Shown piece by piece: positions 28,141 to 39,042 of a DNA stretch of 64,000 nucleotides. Under the pieces are notes generated by a model, which did not search any database, was not told the origin of the DNA, and saw only the letters and a program-made list of their open reading frames with translations. Numbering within the stretch: the first letter of the stretch is position 1; each line of letters begins with the position of its first letter. Position numbers and translations under genes: made by a program. Source of the stretch: an uncultured delta proteobacterium (lineage in GTDB: Bacteria > Desulfobacterota > RBG-13-43-22); NCBI GenBank assembly GCA_963843145.1, contig CAWJJC010000005.1, positions 160,001 through 224,000 on the forward strand. The letters run 5' to 3'.

Positions 28141-28264
28141 GCCCTTCTTGATCCTTTAGACCACCAGTCCCCTTCCCTATGTCCACTTTATCGACCCTTA
28201 TCCTTACGTTCTTTAGTTTTTTTTTTGATACCTTGGCAAAAAGTCCATCAAAGAGAAATCCTCA

Positions 28265-29500
28265 CTACCTCTTGGCCATTTTGGTCAAATCCCACATGGG
28301 CAAGAATATCCCCAAGGCCAGGAACAGGACCATGGCCCCCATGCCGATAACCAATATGGGTTCGAGCATGGATGTCAAATTTTTGACCCCATAGTCCACT
28401 TCCCGGTCGTAATAGTCCGAGACTTTACCCAGGACCCGATCCAAGGCCCCCGAGGACTCCCCGATGGCAAACATATGGTACACCAGGGGGGGGAAGACCT
28501 GGGAACGCCGCATCCGCTCCCACATATCCCCACCCTCTTTTACCCCTTCCTTGACCTCATTGACCTTCCCGGTCAAATAAGAGTTACCAAAGGTCTTGGC
28601 CGAGATATCCAGGTTCAGGATAACCGGCAGGCCACTGTTATAAAGATTCACGAAGGTCTTGACGAATCGGGACATGTAAATCTTCATGAAAAGCTGGCCG
28701 AAGACCGGGAATTGCAGTTTGATTCGATCCCACCAGAGGAGCCCTTTAGGGGTCCTCAACAAAGCCTTGAATCCGATCCAGACGCCGACCACCAACAAGG
28801 CCACCCAATACCAGTATTCCCGAAAATAGACACTCAGGTTCATTAATATCTTTGTTGGCAGGGGCAGGTCCAGCTTTGAGGACTTGAAGATCCCCATGAA
28901 CTTGGGAACAATAAAGGTAACCGCCAGCACGAAGGCCCCGGCCATGGCGATGACCACAAATTTGGGATAACGGGTAGCCGACTTGATATCGGCCCGGATC
29001 TTAATCTCAAAATCCAATAAATTGGCCAGTCGCTCGAAAACGGATTCCAGGTTTCCCGAAGATTCCCCGGACTCGATCAGGCTGACGTAGAGTTCGTCAA
29101 AAACCCTGGGGAACTTGGCCATGGCCACGGATAAATTCTTGCCCTCCTTGACCTGTTCGACGATCTCCCGGATAATCTGCTGGAAGTAGGGATTGGTGGT
29201 CTGTTCCCCCATAAGGGTGAGGGAATTTTGAATGGGGACCCCGGCCCCGTAGAGGGTCCCTAATTGACGGGAAAAATAGACCAATTCCTTCAAATTGATG
29301 GTATTTTTGTATTGATGTATCTTTCGGGACAACCAGACCATCATCGGGGGGGCTCCCTGCTCGGAGACCGGCTGAATCTGAACCGGTATATACCCCAATT
29401 CCCCTACTTTATTGGCAATGAAGGCCTTGTCACGCCCCTCCAGTTGCCCGGAGATCAGTTTGCCCGAGAGGTCCCGAGCCTTATAGGCAAAAACCGCCAT
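28265..29500 (-). CDS. Type IV pilus/T2SS inner membrane platform protein (PilC/MshG/GspF family)
   Basis: FAYKARD..G, FSRQL, GESSG, ATRYP, MLEP, GIFLPMW. Confidence 0.9.
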   Translation of the reverse strand: MAVFAYKARDLSGKLISGQLEGRDKAFIANKVGELGYIPVQIQPVSEQGAPPMMVWLSRKIHQYKNTINLKELVYFSRQLGTLYGAGVPIQNSLTLMGEQTTNPYFQQIIREIVEQVKEGKNLSVAMAKFPRVFDELYVSLIESGESSGNLESVFERLANLLDFEIKIRADIKSATRYPKFVVIAMAGAFVLAVTFIVPKFMGIFKSSKLDLPLPTKILMNLSVYFREYWYWVALLVVGVWIGFKALLRTPKGLLWWDRIKLQFPVFGQLFMKIYMSRFVKTFVNLYNSGLPVILNLDISAKTFGNSYLTGKVNEVKEGVKEGGDMWERMRRSQVFPPLVYHMFAIGESSGALDRVLGKVSDYYDREVDYGVKNLTSMLEPILVIGMGAMVLFLALGIFLPMWDLTKMAKR

Positions 29501-29648
29501 GGTGCCTCCCCTTAACTGCTTAATATTAATAATTAATTATTTATTATTGATTATTGATTATTAAAAGAATGCCTGCTCCTTATCGCGACTATTCTCAAAC
29601 TAACCCACCAAATATTGCGGCCACCCGCCCAACAAGTCGAATAACCTC

Positions 29649-31331
29649 TTACTTCGGCAATTCCCGGAGCGTCACCCGGTTCAGTTCTTCAACCGAAGTG
29701 ATCCCCTTGATAACTTTGGTCACTCCATCCTCCCGCAGCGTCTTCATGCCCTGGGTACGGCGCGCGGTTTCGGCCACCAATGCGGGAGAAGCCTTTTGCA
29801 GCATCAATTCCTTGATTTCCTGATCCGCGATCAATAATTCATAGAGCCCCAGACGACCCCGATAACCGGTATTTTTGCAGAGCCGACAGCCTTTGGGCCG
29901 GTACAGGAGCAATTCCTTATTCGCAGGGAACTTTAAATCCTGTAAATTTTCCGAGGTGGCCTGATAAGGTTCCTTGCAATCCGGACAGAGCTTCCGGATC
30001 AGGCGCTGGGCCAGCACCCCCTCGACGGAGGAGGCGATTAAAAAAGGAGGGATGCCCATCTCCCCTAAACGGATCAACGTGCTGGGAGCATCGTTGGTAT
30101 GGATGGTGCTGAACACCAGATGTCCGGTCAGCGCCGCCTGTACGGCAATATTGGCGGTTTCCGCGTCCCGGATTTCGCCGACCATCACGATATCGGGATC
30201 CTGTCGAAGGATGGACCGCAACCCGCCGGCAAAAGTCAGTCCGGCCTTGGGGTTGACCTGGGCCTGGCGAATACCCTGAAGCCGGTATTCTACCGGGTCC
30301 TCCAGGGTGATCACGTTTTTTTGCGGGTCATTGATGCTGTTCAGTGTTGCGTACAAGGTAGTGGTCTTACCGCTCCCGGTCGGTCCGGTCACCAGCACGA
30401 ACCCGTAAGGGATATGAATCAGATAAAGAAATTTCTTGAAATCTTCCGGAAGGAAGCCCAGGTCCTCCAGGGTTAATAGGATGCTGGACTGGTCCAGGAG
30501 CCGCAAAACCACATTTTCCCCGTGAATAGTCGGAAAACTGGATACCCGAACGTCAATGTTATGACTATTAGAGGAAAAATGGAATCGGCCGTCCTGGGGG
30601 CTCCGCCGTTCGGCAATGTCCATCTTGGACATAATTTTTATTCTGGAAGTCACCGGGTTCGTATACTTGCCCTGCAAGGGCGTGGTTGCCCGGAGCATGC
30701 CGTCCACCCGGTAACGGATACGCAACTGGTTTTCTTCCGGTTCAATATGGATGTCGCTGGCCCGGTCCCGAACCGCCTCGGAAAGGATCAGGTTCACCAG
30801 TTGACTGATCGGGCCCTCTTCTATTTCTTCTTCGACCTTGCCTGAATCTTCTTCCTCGGCGCCGACCGAGTCCACCGAAGATTCATCCCGGGATAATAAC
30901 GACTGCCCATACAATTCCTCAATGGCCCGCAGGATCTCTTCTTCCAGGGCGATCACCGGTATAATAGTCAGTTTGGTTCGAATGGACAACTCGTCGATGG
31001 CCAGGATGTTGAGCGGGTCGGACATGGCTACGGTGAGCGACCGGCCATCTTCCCGGATTGGGACCAGCAGGTAATTTTCGGCCACGGTCTTCGGGACCAG
31101 CAGAATCAGTTTCTTGTCGATGGTCTGGGTGGACAAGTCAATATAAGGAATGCGCAACTGTTGAGAGAGAGTCCGCAGGATATCCTCTTCCGAGACGAAT
31201 CCCTGTCTAATCAACAGTCGGCCCAATCGTTCCCGGGTGACTTTCTGCAAGGCAATAGCCTCTTCCAACTTGCTCTTATCGATCAAGCCTGCTTCCAGCA
31301 AAATGTCGCCCAGGCGCTTCTTAGCAATCAT
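29649..31331 (-). CDS. Pilus assembly ATPase (PilB/MshE/GspE family) with MshEN c-di-GMP-binding motif
   Basis: RLG..L...G tandem motif; ASDIHIEP, GPTGSGKTTTLY, EDPVEY, LRQDPD, TGHLVFSTIH, tetracysteine motif. Confidence 0.92.
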   Translation of the reverse strand: MIAKKRLGDILLEAGLIDKSKLEEAIALQKVTRERLGRLLIRQGFVSEEDILRTLSQQLRIPYIDLSTQTIDKKLILLVPKTVAENYLLVPIREDGRSLTVAMSDPLNILAIDELSIRTKLTIIPVIALEEEILRAIEELYGQSLLSRDESSVDSVGAEEEDSGKVEEEIEEGPISQLVNLILSEAVRDRASDIHIEPEENQLRIRYRVDGMLRATTPLQGKYTNPVTSRIKIMSKMDIAERRSPQDGRFHFSSNSHNIDVRVSSFPTIHGENVVLRLLDQSSILLTLEDLGFLPEDFKKFLYLIHIPYGFVLVTGPTGSGKTTTLYATLNSINDPQKNVITLEDPVEYRLQGIRQAQVNPKAGLTFAGGLRSILRQDPDIVMVGEIRDAETANIAVQAALTGHLVFSTIHTNDAPSTLIRLGEMGIPPFLIASSVEGVLAQRLIRKLCPDCKEPYQATSENLQDLKFPANKELLLYRPKGCRLCKNTGYRGRLGLYELLIADQEIKELMLQKASPALVAETARRTQGMKTLREDGVTKVIKGITSVEELNRVTLRELPK

Positions 31332-31623
31332 AAACAGACGCTTCCCTATAGCTATAAACGGTACTCAAAAGAGGCCAGGTAGGCTTTCCTACATAGCAAT
31401 CCTTTATGCTCGGACTCCCATTCAGACCCCTACTATGGGGCTTACTTAGCAAAATCCATTCCAAAGATAAGCCTTACCTGGGCCTGGAAATAGATGAATA
31501 TCAATCAACTAATCGGCAGAGAGGTGCCAACCCTTTACCTCCATCGTTAATTATTTGTATGGTATCGGTGAAGTTTCATGTTATAGTCAAAATAAATCAA
31601 TAAGTTCAACGAGGAAGATTCCT

Positions 31624-32616
31624 TTGAGCAGACTGACGCGAAACCCCCATAGACCTTTAAGGGCACTGGGAGTCGATTTAGGCGGAACGCGTATAAAAAT
31701 CGGGGTGGTGGACGAGCGGGGTGGTTTATTTAATATGAAAAAATTCGCAACCCGCGTGGACTTAGGCCGAGAAGCCCTGATCCGACGGATTATCCGGTTG
31801 ATTCACAGGAGCCTCTCTGCTGACCCTGACCTCCAAAACCCCCCAGCAGGCATCGGCCTGGGAGCCGCCGGGATGATCGATGTCCGGAAGGGCGTGGTAC
31901 TCGTCTCCCCCAACTTCCCGGACTGGCATCAAGTCCCCCTGGCCCGATTGATCAGTGAGCAAACCGGGCTTCCCACTTTTTTGGATAACGATGCCAATGC
32001 GATTACCTATGGAGAAAAATGGGTGGGGGTGGGCAAAGATATGAACAATTTTGCTTGCTTAACTCTGGGTACCGGAGTGGGCAGCGGGCTTATGCTGAAC
32101 GGGCGCCTTTGGTATGGAAGCCAGGGAAGCGGGCCGGAAATCGGCCACATGACCATCCAGCCCAAAGGCCGGCGCTGTGCGTGCGGCAATCGGGGATGTC
32201 TGGAAACCCTGGCTTCCGCCGGTTGGTTGGTAAAAACCGCTACTGAGAAAAGAGGGGCTGAATCCTTGACCCTTAATCACCCCCTAAAAGACCGGGCAGC
32301 CCTCAGTGCCAAAGACCTCTACCGGGAAGCGCTTCAAGGGGACCCTTTTTGCCGGGAGCTTTTTGAAAACCTGGGAGAGGCCCTGGGGATTGCCATCGCC
32401 AATTTGATCCATATCCTGAGCCTGGAAGGGGTCGTTTTGGCGGGCGGCCTAAGCCGGGCGTCCACTATTTTCTTGCCTTCTCTGGAGAAAGAATTTAAAA
32501 AGCGATTAACGCTGGTCCCTCCCGAAACAATTAAAATCCGCGTTTCCCGGTTGCAGGAAAAAAGCGGGGTCTTGGGGGCCGCCGGAATCGCCCTGGAACA
32601 TTTAAATAAAGGATAG
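31624..32616 (+). CDS. ROK family sugar kinase (glucokinase-like)
   Basis: GVDLGGT, DNDANA, TLGTGVG, EIGH, CACGNRGCLE; TTG start after GAGG inferred. Confidence 0.88.
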   Translation: MSRLTRNPHRPLRALGVDLGGTRIKIGVVDERGGLFNMKKFATRVDLGREALIRRIIRLIHRSLSADPDLQNPPAGIGLGAAGMIDVRKGVVLVSPNFPDWHQVPLARLISEQTGLPTFLDNDANAITYGEKWVGVGKDMNNFACLTLGTGVGSGLMLNGRLWYGSQGSGPEIGHMTIQPKGRRCACGNRGCLETLASAGWLVKTATEKRGAESLTLNHPLKDRAALSAKDLYREALQGDPFCRELFENLGEALGIAIANLIHILSLEGVVLAGGLSRASTIFLPSLEKEFKKRLTLVPPETIKIRVSRLQEKSGVLGAAGIALEHLNKG

Positions 32617-32619
32617 CTC

Positions 32620-33282
32620 ATGGCTGCTCAAAAAAAATCAATCAGCCGGAAAGAACTGCTGAAGAAACCGGATGAGTTTATTACCACTTCCAATAAAATT
32701 GCCAATTGGGTCACCATCCATTACCAGAAGGTAATCTGGGTGGGAGCCGTTATCATTCTGGTGGCGGGGGCCTTTTTTGGTTACCGGGCCTATGCCGCGC
32801 GCCAGGAAAAACAGGGCCGGGAGGCCTATTTCGCCGCCCTGGAATTGCCGGATATCAACCAAAAGATAAAAAAATTATCGGGTGTCGCCGCGGACTACCC
32901 CCGCACTCAGGGCGCCCAAAAAGCCTGGATCTCCCTGGGGAACCTTTATTATCAGCAGAAAGATTACTCCAAGGCGTTGAACGCCTACCGTTCGGCCCTG
33001 AATCAGGGGGACCTCCCCCAGGAATTTCAGTCGCTGGTCAACGAAAGCCTGGCTTACACGCTGGAAGAGAAAGGGGACCTCAAAGGAGCCGCCGATGCTT
33101 TCAATCAAATATTAAAAGGATCCGATCCGCTGCTCAAAGAAAACGCTCATCTGAACCTGGCCAGGGTGTATGTCAAACTGGGCCAAACCAAAGAAGCCAA
33201 GAGCACTTATCAGGACTTCCTCAAATCCTTTCCCAATTCCATTTATGCCCCCCTGGTCAGAGATCGGTTGGCCAAGATGTAA
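32620..33282 (+). CDS. Membrane-anchored TPR protein (YfgM-like)
   Basis: RKELLKKPDEF N-terminus, single TM, TPR helices, FPNS. Confidence 0.8.
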   Translation: MAAQKKSISRKELLKKPDEFITTSNKIANWVTIHYQKVIWVGAVIILVAGAFFGYRAYAARQEKQGREAYFAALELPDINQKIKKLSGVAADYPRTQGAQKAWISLGNLYYQQKDYSKALNAYRSALNQGDLPQEFQSLVNESLAYTLEEKGDLKGAADAFNQILKGSDPLLKENAHLNLARVYVKLGQTKEAKSTYQDFLKSFPNSIYAPLVRDRLAKM

Positions 33283-33297
33283 TAGTATAAAAGACGC

Positions 33298-33523
33298 TTC
33301 GCCCTTTTGGGTGGGTACCCCCCAGATCTGGTATGGCCGCCGGGTCTCGGCGAAAGGGTTTTCCAAAGGTGCTCCGGACTTCGAATCCGGGCCTAAGTGT
33401 TTAATTTTATTTAAAGCAGGCCCAAACCCCGTGTTTCTTGGTGCCTCCAGGTTGGCCCTGCCTCCTGGAAAATAATTCAGTCTAAAAAACTACATATTGT
33501 GGCCACCCACCCAAAAGGGCGAA
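33298..33523. mobile_element. MITE-like element, copy 2
   Basis: Perfect 19-bp terminal inverted repeats TTCGCCCTTTTGGGTGGGT. Confidence 0.7.
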
Positions 33524-33675
33524 CAACCGTATAAAAATAAGAGGCTTGCTGGTTGAAAGTAACTGGTTACAGGATAAAATAACCGATACTGGATTAAGAC
33601 CAAAAACCTCCAAGCGACGATCAGATTTTCATGCTTCGCGGATGCTCGGCTAAATGGACGAAGCGTCATTTTTCC

Positions 33676-33704
33676 TTGACAAGCTATTTTAAAGAATATA
33701 GCGT
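33676..33704 (+). promoter_or_regulatory. Sigma70-type promoter of iorAB
   Basis: TTGACA-17 bp-TAGCGT. Confidence 0.4.
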
Positions 33705-33766
33705 AGCTACAATATAACTATAAATTTTTTTCTTTCGAAAAAAATTTATAAAGGGGGGAGATCAAC

Positions 33767-35614
33767 ATGCACGCACTATTGTCGGGAAAAGCGGGAGACC
33801 AAATGCTATTGCTGGGCAACGAAGCCATTGTCCGGGGGGCGTTGGAGGCCGGGGTGGCCTTCGCCACCGCTTATCCCGGAACGCCTTCTTCGGAAGTGCC
33901 CTTGAATTTTTTTCAGATCAAGCAGGAAACAGACCTGTATTTCGAATATTCCACCAATGAAAAGGTAGCGCTGGAAGTGGCCGCCGGAGCCGCGGTCTCC
34001 GGATTGCGGACCATGGTCACCATGAAACACGTAGGGGTAAATGTGGCCGCTGACCCCTTGATGACCCTGGCCTACACCGGGGTCAAGGGCGGGATGGTCA
34101 TTTTGACCGCTGACGACCCCTCTATGTTCTCCAGTCAAAACGAGCAGGACAACCGTTACTACGCCCGGCTTTCCGGCCTGCCCATGTTAGAGCCCACCAC
34201 CCCTCAGGAAGCCAAAGACATGACGGTCTATGCCTTTGTCCTCTCCGAACAGTTAAGCCTGCCGGTTTTACTGAGGACCACCACCCGGATCAATCACTCC
34301 CGGGGCGTTGTCACCCTGGGAGAGATCGCACCCCGGCAGACGAAGGGAAATTTTGTCAAAGACCCCTTCAGCTACGTCACCGTCCCGGCCGTTTCCCGGA
34401 ATCTGCATGTGAAACTCCTCAAGAAATACGATCAGGCCCGGGAAGAGGCCGATCGTTCTTCCTTCAACGCCATTATCGGCACGGGGAAGTTGGGGGTCAT
34501 CACCCAGGGAGTCAGCTTCTGTTATGTTCAGGATGCCCTGGAGGAAATGAAGGTCACCGGGGCGTTCTCCGTACTGAAGATCGGTTTTTCCTATCCCTTC
34601 CCCGAGAAGTTGGTTGAAAAATTCCTGACCCGGGTTGATAAAGTCCTGGTTGTGGAAGAACTGGAAGCGATCATGGAGGAGGCCGTTCGGGCCGCAGCCC
34701 AGAAAATCGGCCGGCAGATCCCCATCGAGGGCAAAGGACAGGGTCTGCTGACCCGTCTTTACGAATATGAGCCGGTCCGGGTTAAAAAATCCATTTCCCA
34801 ATATTTTGATCTGCCTTACCAGGAAAAAGAACCGTTGGATGTCTCGGATCTCCCCGTCCTGCCCGGCCGGCCGCCCAACCTCTGCCCGGGCTGCCCTCAT
34901 CGTTCCACTTTTTATGCCGTCAAAAAAGTGGCCGGCGAAGAGGCCATCTACCCCACCGATATCGGCTGCTATACCCTGGGGATCCTCCCCCCCTTGAGTG
35001 TGGCCGATTTCGTCATCTGCATGGGATCGAGTGTCAGTTCAGCCGCCGGCTTCTCCCGAGCCACGGACAAGCCGGTGATCGCCTTTATTGGCGACTCCAC
35101 TTTTTTCCACAGCGGGATTACCGGGTTAATCAATGCCTACCATAACAACCATAAGTTCACTCTGATCATCCTGGACAACGGGACGACGGCCATGACCGGT
35201 CACCAACCCCATCCGGGGGTGGACTCTTCCCTGCTGGGCCGGACGAACAATCAGGTATCCATTGAAGCCCTGGTCAAGGGGATCGGGGTGAAAATGATCA
35301 CCGTGGTCAACCCCAAAAAGGTGAAAGACACCATGGAGGCGGTCAAGAAATCGCTGGCTTTCGATGGGGTATCCGTGATCATTTCCCAGGAAATCTGCCC
35401 GCTCTATGCCCGGCGGGTGCTGCCGCCCTCCAAAGCCAAAACTTTTACGGTCAATGAAAGCCGTTGCAAGAATCACCGTGACTGCGTCAATCTTTTTGCC
35501 TGCCCGGCTTTTTATATCGAAAAGGATCGGGTCAAAATCAACGAGAACCTGTGTATCGGCTGTGCCGTCTGTGCTCAGGTCTGCCCGGAAAATGCAATCC
35601 TGCCCCGCAAATAA
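33767..35614 (+). CDS. iorA: Indolepyruvate:ferredoxin oxidoreductase alpha subunit
   Basis: LLGNEAI, YPGTPSSE, MKHVG, SSQNEQD, CPGCPH, DIGCY, GDSTFFH, C-terminal ferredoxin motif. Confidence 0.95.
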   Translation: MHALLSGKAGDQMLLLGNEAIVRGALEAGVAFATAYPGTPSSEVPLNFFQIKQETDLYFEYSTNEKVALEVAAGAAVSGLRTMVTMKHVGVNVAADPLMTLAYTGVKGGMVILTADDPSMFSSQNEQDNRYYARLSGLPMLEPTTPQEAKDMTVYAFVLSEQLSLPVLLRTTTRINHSRGVVTLGEIAPRQTKGNFVKDPFSYVTVPAVSRNLHVKLLKKYDQAREEADRSSFNAIIGTGKLGVITQGVSFCYVQDALEEMKVTGAFSVLKIGFSYPFPEKLVEKFLTRVDKVLVVEELEAIMEEAVRAAAQKIGRQIPIEGKGQGLLTRLYEYEPVRVKKSISQYFDLPYQEKEPLDVSDLPVLPGRPPNLCPGCPHRSTFYAVKKVAGEEAIYPTDIGCYTLGILPPLSVADFVICMGSSVSSAAGFSRATDKPVIAFIGDSTFFHSGITGLINAYHNNHKFTLIILDNGTTAMTGHQPHPGVDSSLLGRTNNQVSIEALVKGIGVKMITVVNPKKVKDTMEAVKKSLAFDGVSVIISQEICPLYARRVLPPSKAKTFTVNESRCKNHRDCVNLFACPAFYIEKDRVKINENLCIGCAVCAQVCPENAILPRK

Positions 35615-35632
35615 GAGGAGAGGTGTTCTTAA

Positions 35633-36229
35633 ATGGAAACTAAAAGAATCGTTTTCGTAGGTGTAGGCGGGCAAGGGAACCTCTTATCTTCCCAAGCCTT
35701 AGGGGAAGCCGCCATGCTGGCCGGCGTGCCGGTCAATGTCAGTGAAGTGCACGGCATGGCCCAGCGGGGCGGTGTGGTGGAGTCGGCCGTGGTCATGGGT
35801 GGGGCTTTAAGCGCCATCGTCTCCGATGGAGAAGCCGATGTGCTCATGAGTTTTGAGCCCTCGGAAACCCTCCGGGCCTTGGCCAAATGCTCCCCGGCTT
35901 CCACGGTGATCACCAATATCGTGCCCCTGGTCCCTTTTACCGTGGCCGTCGGGAAGGGGACTTACCCGGATATCAAGGCCTCCCTGGAGTTGATCCGAAA
36001 AAAAGTAAAACGCCTCATCGCCCTGAATGCCAATGCCCTGGCGGAAGAAGCCGGTTCGGCCCTGGCGGTCAACATCGTCATGCTGGGCGCTCTGGCGCAA
36101 AGCGGCATCCTGCCCCTGACCCGGGACCACTTTCTGGCGGCTTTGAAGAAAACCATAAAAAAGAAATTGCTGGAGGTCAACTTGAAAGCCTTTGATTTGG
36201 GCTTCGAGGCGGCGGCCAAAATGGCCTAA
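35633..36229 (+). CDS. iorB: Indolepyruvate:ferredoxin oxidoreductase beta subunit
   Basis: GVGGQG, SEVHGMAQRGG, NLKAF. Confidence 0.95.
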   Translation: METKRIVFVGVGGQGNLLSSQALGEAAMLAGVPVNVSEVHGMAQRGGVVESAVVMGGALSAIVSDGEADVLMSFEPSETLRALAKCSPASTVITNIVPLVPFTVAVGKGTYPDIKASLELIRKKVKRLIALNANALAEEAGSALAVNIVMLGALAQSGILPLTRDHFLAALKKTIKKKLLEVNLKAFDLGFEAAAKMA

Positions 36230-36272
36230 GGATAAAGACGTTCGGCGTATAGCCTTCGGCATTCGGCGAAAC

Positions 36273-36302
36273 AAAAAAGCACCCCCACCCGGGTGCTTTT
36301 TT
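36273..36302. terminator. Bidirectional terminator between iorB and hisD
   Basis: AAAAAAGCACCC-ccaccc-GGGTGCTTTTTT. Confidence 0.8.
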
Positions 36303-36354
36303 ACCTTTCGGTTCAGTTTTTTCGCCGAACGCCGAACTCCGAACGCATCACGTG

Positions 36355-37656
36355 TTACGGCTTTTCGAAGCGGACCTCGATCGTCTTGGCATGCAGGGGA
36401 AGCCCTTCTTTCCGGGCTAACAGGGTAATCGTATCCTTCAGCCCTTGAAGGCCTTTACGGCTCAGGTATTGGAAAGTCGGTTTCTTGATGAAATCATCCA
36501 CTGAGAGCCCGGAAAACATCCGCGCGCATCCGCCCGTCGGCAAGACATGATTAGTTCCCGAGGCGTAATCGCCCGCTGGGACGGGGGCATAGGCTCCCAT
36601 GAAGATAGACCCGGCGTGTTTAATCTGGGGAAGGATGATCCAGGGATCTTCCGTGACGATCTGGAGGTGTTCGGCGGCATAGGCATTGGCAAAATCCACC
36701 GCTTCTTTCAGATGGGAAGTGACCAGGATCGCCGAATGACGGGTCAAGGCCGCCTCGATAATCGCTTTTCTTTCCAACCCCGGTAATTCCGTATTGATCA
36801 TCCGGCAGATTTCCGCGGCCAGTTTTTCTGAAGGGGTCACCAGCACCGCCCCGGCATCCGGATCGTGTTCAATTTGAGAGAGAAAATCCCAGACTAGCCA
36901 TTCCGCCTTAGCCGTTTCATCGGCCACGATCAGGGCTTCGCTGGGACCGGCCGGCGAGTCAATGTCCACGATCCCAAAAACCGCCATTTTGGCCGCAGTT
37001 ACATATTTATTCCCCGGCCCGACGATCTTGTCCACCTTGGGTATGATTCCCGTGCCGTAGGCCAACCCGGCAATGGCCCAGGGGCCGCCGATCTTAAACA
37101 AATAATCGGCTCCGGCAATGTCGGCGGCCACGATGGTTACCGGATCTACCACCTGGCCCTTCTTGGGTGGAGTGCAGGCCACCACGGTCTTCACCCCGGC
37201 CACCTTGGCCGGAATGATGTTCATCAGGACACTGGACGGATAGTTGGCCAGACCTCCCGGCACATAGGCCCCTGCCGAATCCAGGGGGCGGGTAACCCTC
37301 CCGGCTAAAATACCCTCCCGGATTTCGACCGTCCACATGTCCCGCTCCAACTGGGCGCGATGAAACTTCTCTATATTTCGGGATGCGGCTTTCAGCGCCT
37401 GGACCACTTCCTTCTCGACCTGCTGATAGGCGGTTTTCACCTCTTCCGGTTGAACCTGTAAATCCTGAAGGGTAATTCGGGCTTTATTTTTTTGATAATG
37501 CTTTAAAATGACCTCATCCCCATCTCTTTGGATAGAGTGAACTATGGCCCGCGTCTCCTCGTAAATGCCGGAGATATCCTCCATGGACCTGGTAATGAGC
37601 GCAGCCCGGCGTTCGGGATTAAGGTCTTGCAGTCGTTCCGGTCGAATAAATTCCAT
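36355..37656 (-). CDS. hisD: Histidinol dehydrogenase
   Basis: [46 protein letters not shown]. Confidence 0.92.
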   Translation of the reverse strand: MEFIRPERLQDLNPERRAALITRSMEDISGIYEETRAIVHSIQRDGDEVILKHYQKNKARITLQDLQVQPEEVKTAYQQVEKEVVQALKAASRNIEKFHRAQLERDMWTVEIREGILAGRVTRPLDSAGAYVPGGLANYPSSVLMNIIPAKVAGVKTVVACTPPKKGQVVDPVTIVAADIAGADYLFKIGGPWAIAGLAYGTGIIPKVDKIVGPGNKYVTAAKMAVFGIVDIDSPAGPSEALIVADETAKAEWLVWDFLSQIEHDPDAGAVLVTPSEKLAAEICRMINTELPGLERKAIIEAALTRHSAILVTSHLKEAVDFANAYAAEHLQIVTEDPWIILPQIKHAGSIFMGAYAPVPAGDYASGTNHVLPTGGCARMFSGLSVDDFIKKPTFQYLSRKGLQGLKDTITLLARKEGLPLHAKTIEVRFEKP

Positions 37657-37728
37657 AGATGGTTCGTCTCCTTAGGGAGTTTAGTAGGCAAGTAAACCGT
37701 TTGGATATAATGAACCCTCGGGAGGTTG

Positions 37729-38274
37729 TCAAGTGGAAAAGCGAGCCAGATAATCCCGCAAGGCATCCCGGGTGCTGGAAAAGGCCAAGTTCTCCCAGGG
37801 AATTTCGGGGGGATGGAATAGTCCAATCTCCAAGGTTTCGTCCCCGGCTTGAGGCGCGCCGGCCAACCATTCGGCTAAGTAGGCCACAATTACCACCAGA
37901 CTGCCGGGGTAAGAATAAATGTTCAGCAGGGAAGTAAGACGGACCTCCATCTCGGTTTCTTCCAATGTCTCCCGGATGGCCGCCGATTCCACGGTTTCAC
38001 CCCGGTCCACAAACCCTCCGGGGATGACCCATTGGCCGTAACCGGGCGAGATGGCGCGCCTAACCAGGACAATTCGATCTTCATAGGTAGTCACGGTGCA
38101 GGCGGCTATCTTGGGATCCAAATAATAGACAAACCCACAGCGACGGCAGACCAATCGTTCCGGTTCTTTGGGTTTTATCACCCGTTGATCTAAATCGCCA
38201 GCGCATAAGGGGCAAAATCGGTAAGGGGGCTGCCCCTGGTGGGGATGGACCATTCGGGGTTCTAAATCGGCCAT
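37729..38274 (-). CDS. NUDIX hydrolase with N-terminal zinc ribbon
   Basis: FCPLCA...VCRRCG; Nudix box PGGFVDRGETVESAAIRETLEET. Confidence 0.9.
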   Translation of the reverse strand: MADLEPRMVHPHQGQPPYRFCPLCAGDLDQRVIKPKEPERLVCRRCGFVYYLDPKIAACTVTTYEDRIVLVRRAISPGYGQWVIPGGFVDRGETVESAAIRETLEETEMEVRLTSLLNIYSYPGSLVVIVAYLAEWLAGAPQAGDETLEIGLFHPPEIPWENLAFSSTRDALRDYLARFST

Positions 38275-38388
38275 AATCAGCTATTCTACGGCAGACCCCC
38301 GGGGAAATAAAGACTTTTTTCTTGATTCCTGGGGCTATTCCCGTTAAATATAAAAGTTTATGTAAAGGAATTCAGGGAAGGAGCAGTT

Positions 38389-39042
38389 TTGGAAAAAGAG
38401 AAAACCTCGGGGAAAGCCCCGTACAAGAAAAAATCAACTATCCGGGAATATGCCGAATCCATTGCCATTGCCATCCTATTGGCCCTGGTGATTCGGGCCT
38501 TTGTGGTCCAGGCCTTTAAAATCCCCTCCGGTTCCATGAAGCCGACCCTTCAAATCGGCGACCATATTCTGGTGAATAAGTTCATCTATGGGGTCAAGTT
38601 GCGTGTTCCCTTTACCTCCCTCAACTATACCCTGATCCCGATCCGCCAACCCCAACGCAATGACGTCATTGTTTTTATTTATCCGATTGACCCTAGCAAG
38701 GACTTCATTAAACGGGTAGTCGGCCTTCCAGGGGATACGGTTCAGGTGTCTGATAAGAAGGTTTTTATCAATAATCAACCCTTTGAGGATGTTCATGGTT
38801 TCCACAGCGACCAGAATGTGATTCCTTATTTTGAGCAACCCCGAGACTTCCTGGGTCCCATCAAAGTTCCCCCCCACAAACTGTTTGTTATGGGGGACAA
38901 CCGCGACGAAAGCTATGACAGCCGTTATTGGGGCTTCGTGGACCAAAAAGCCATTATCGGCCAGGCCTTTATTATATACTGGTCCTGGGACCGGCTCAAT
39001 TTCGGCGTCCGCTGGAACCGCCTGGGGCGCCTGATAAAATAA
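38389..39042 (+). CDS. lepB: Signal peptidase I
   Basis: IPSGSMKPTL, FIKRVVGLPGD, MGDNRDESYDSRYWG. Confidence 0.95.
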   Translation: MEKEKTSGKAPYKKKSTIREYAESIAIAILLALVIRAFVVQAFKIPSGSMKPTLQIGDHILVNKFIYGVKLRVPFTSLNYTLIPIRQPQRNDVIVFIYPIDPSKDFIKRVVGLPGDTVQVSDKKVFINNQPFEDVHGFHSDQNVIPYFEQPRDFLGPIKVPPHKLFVMGDNRDESYDSRYWGFVDQKAIIGQAFIIYWSWDRLNFGVRWNRLGRLIK

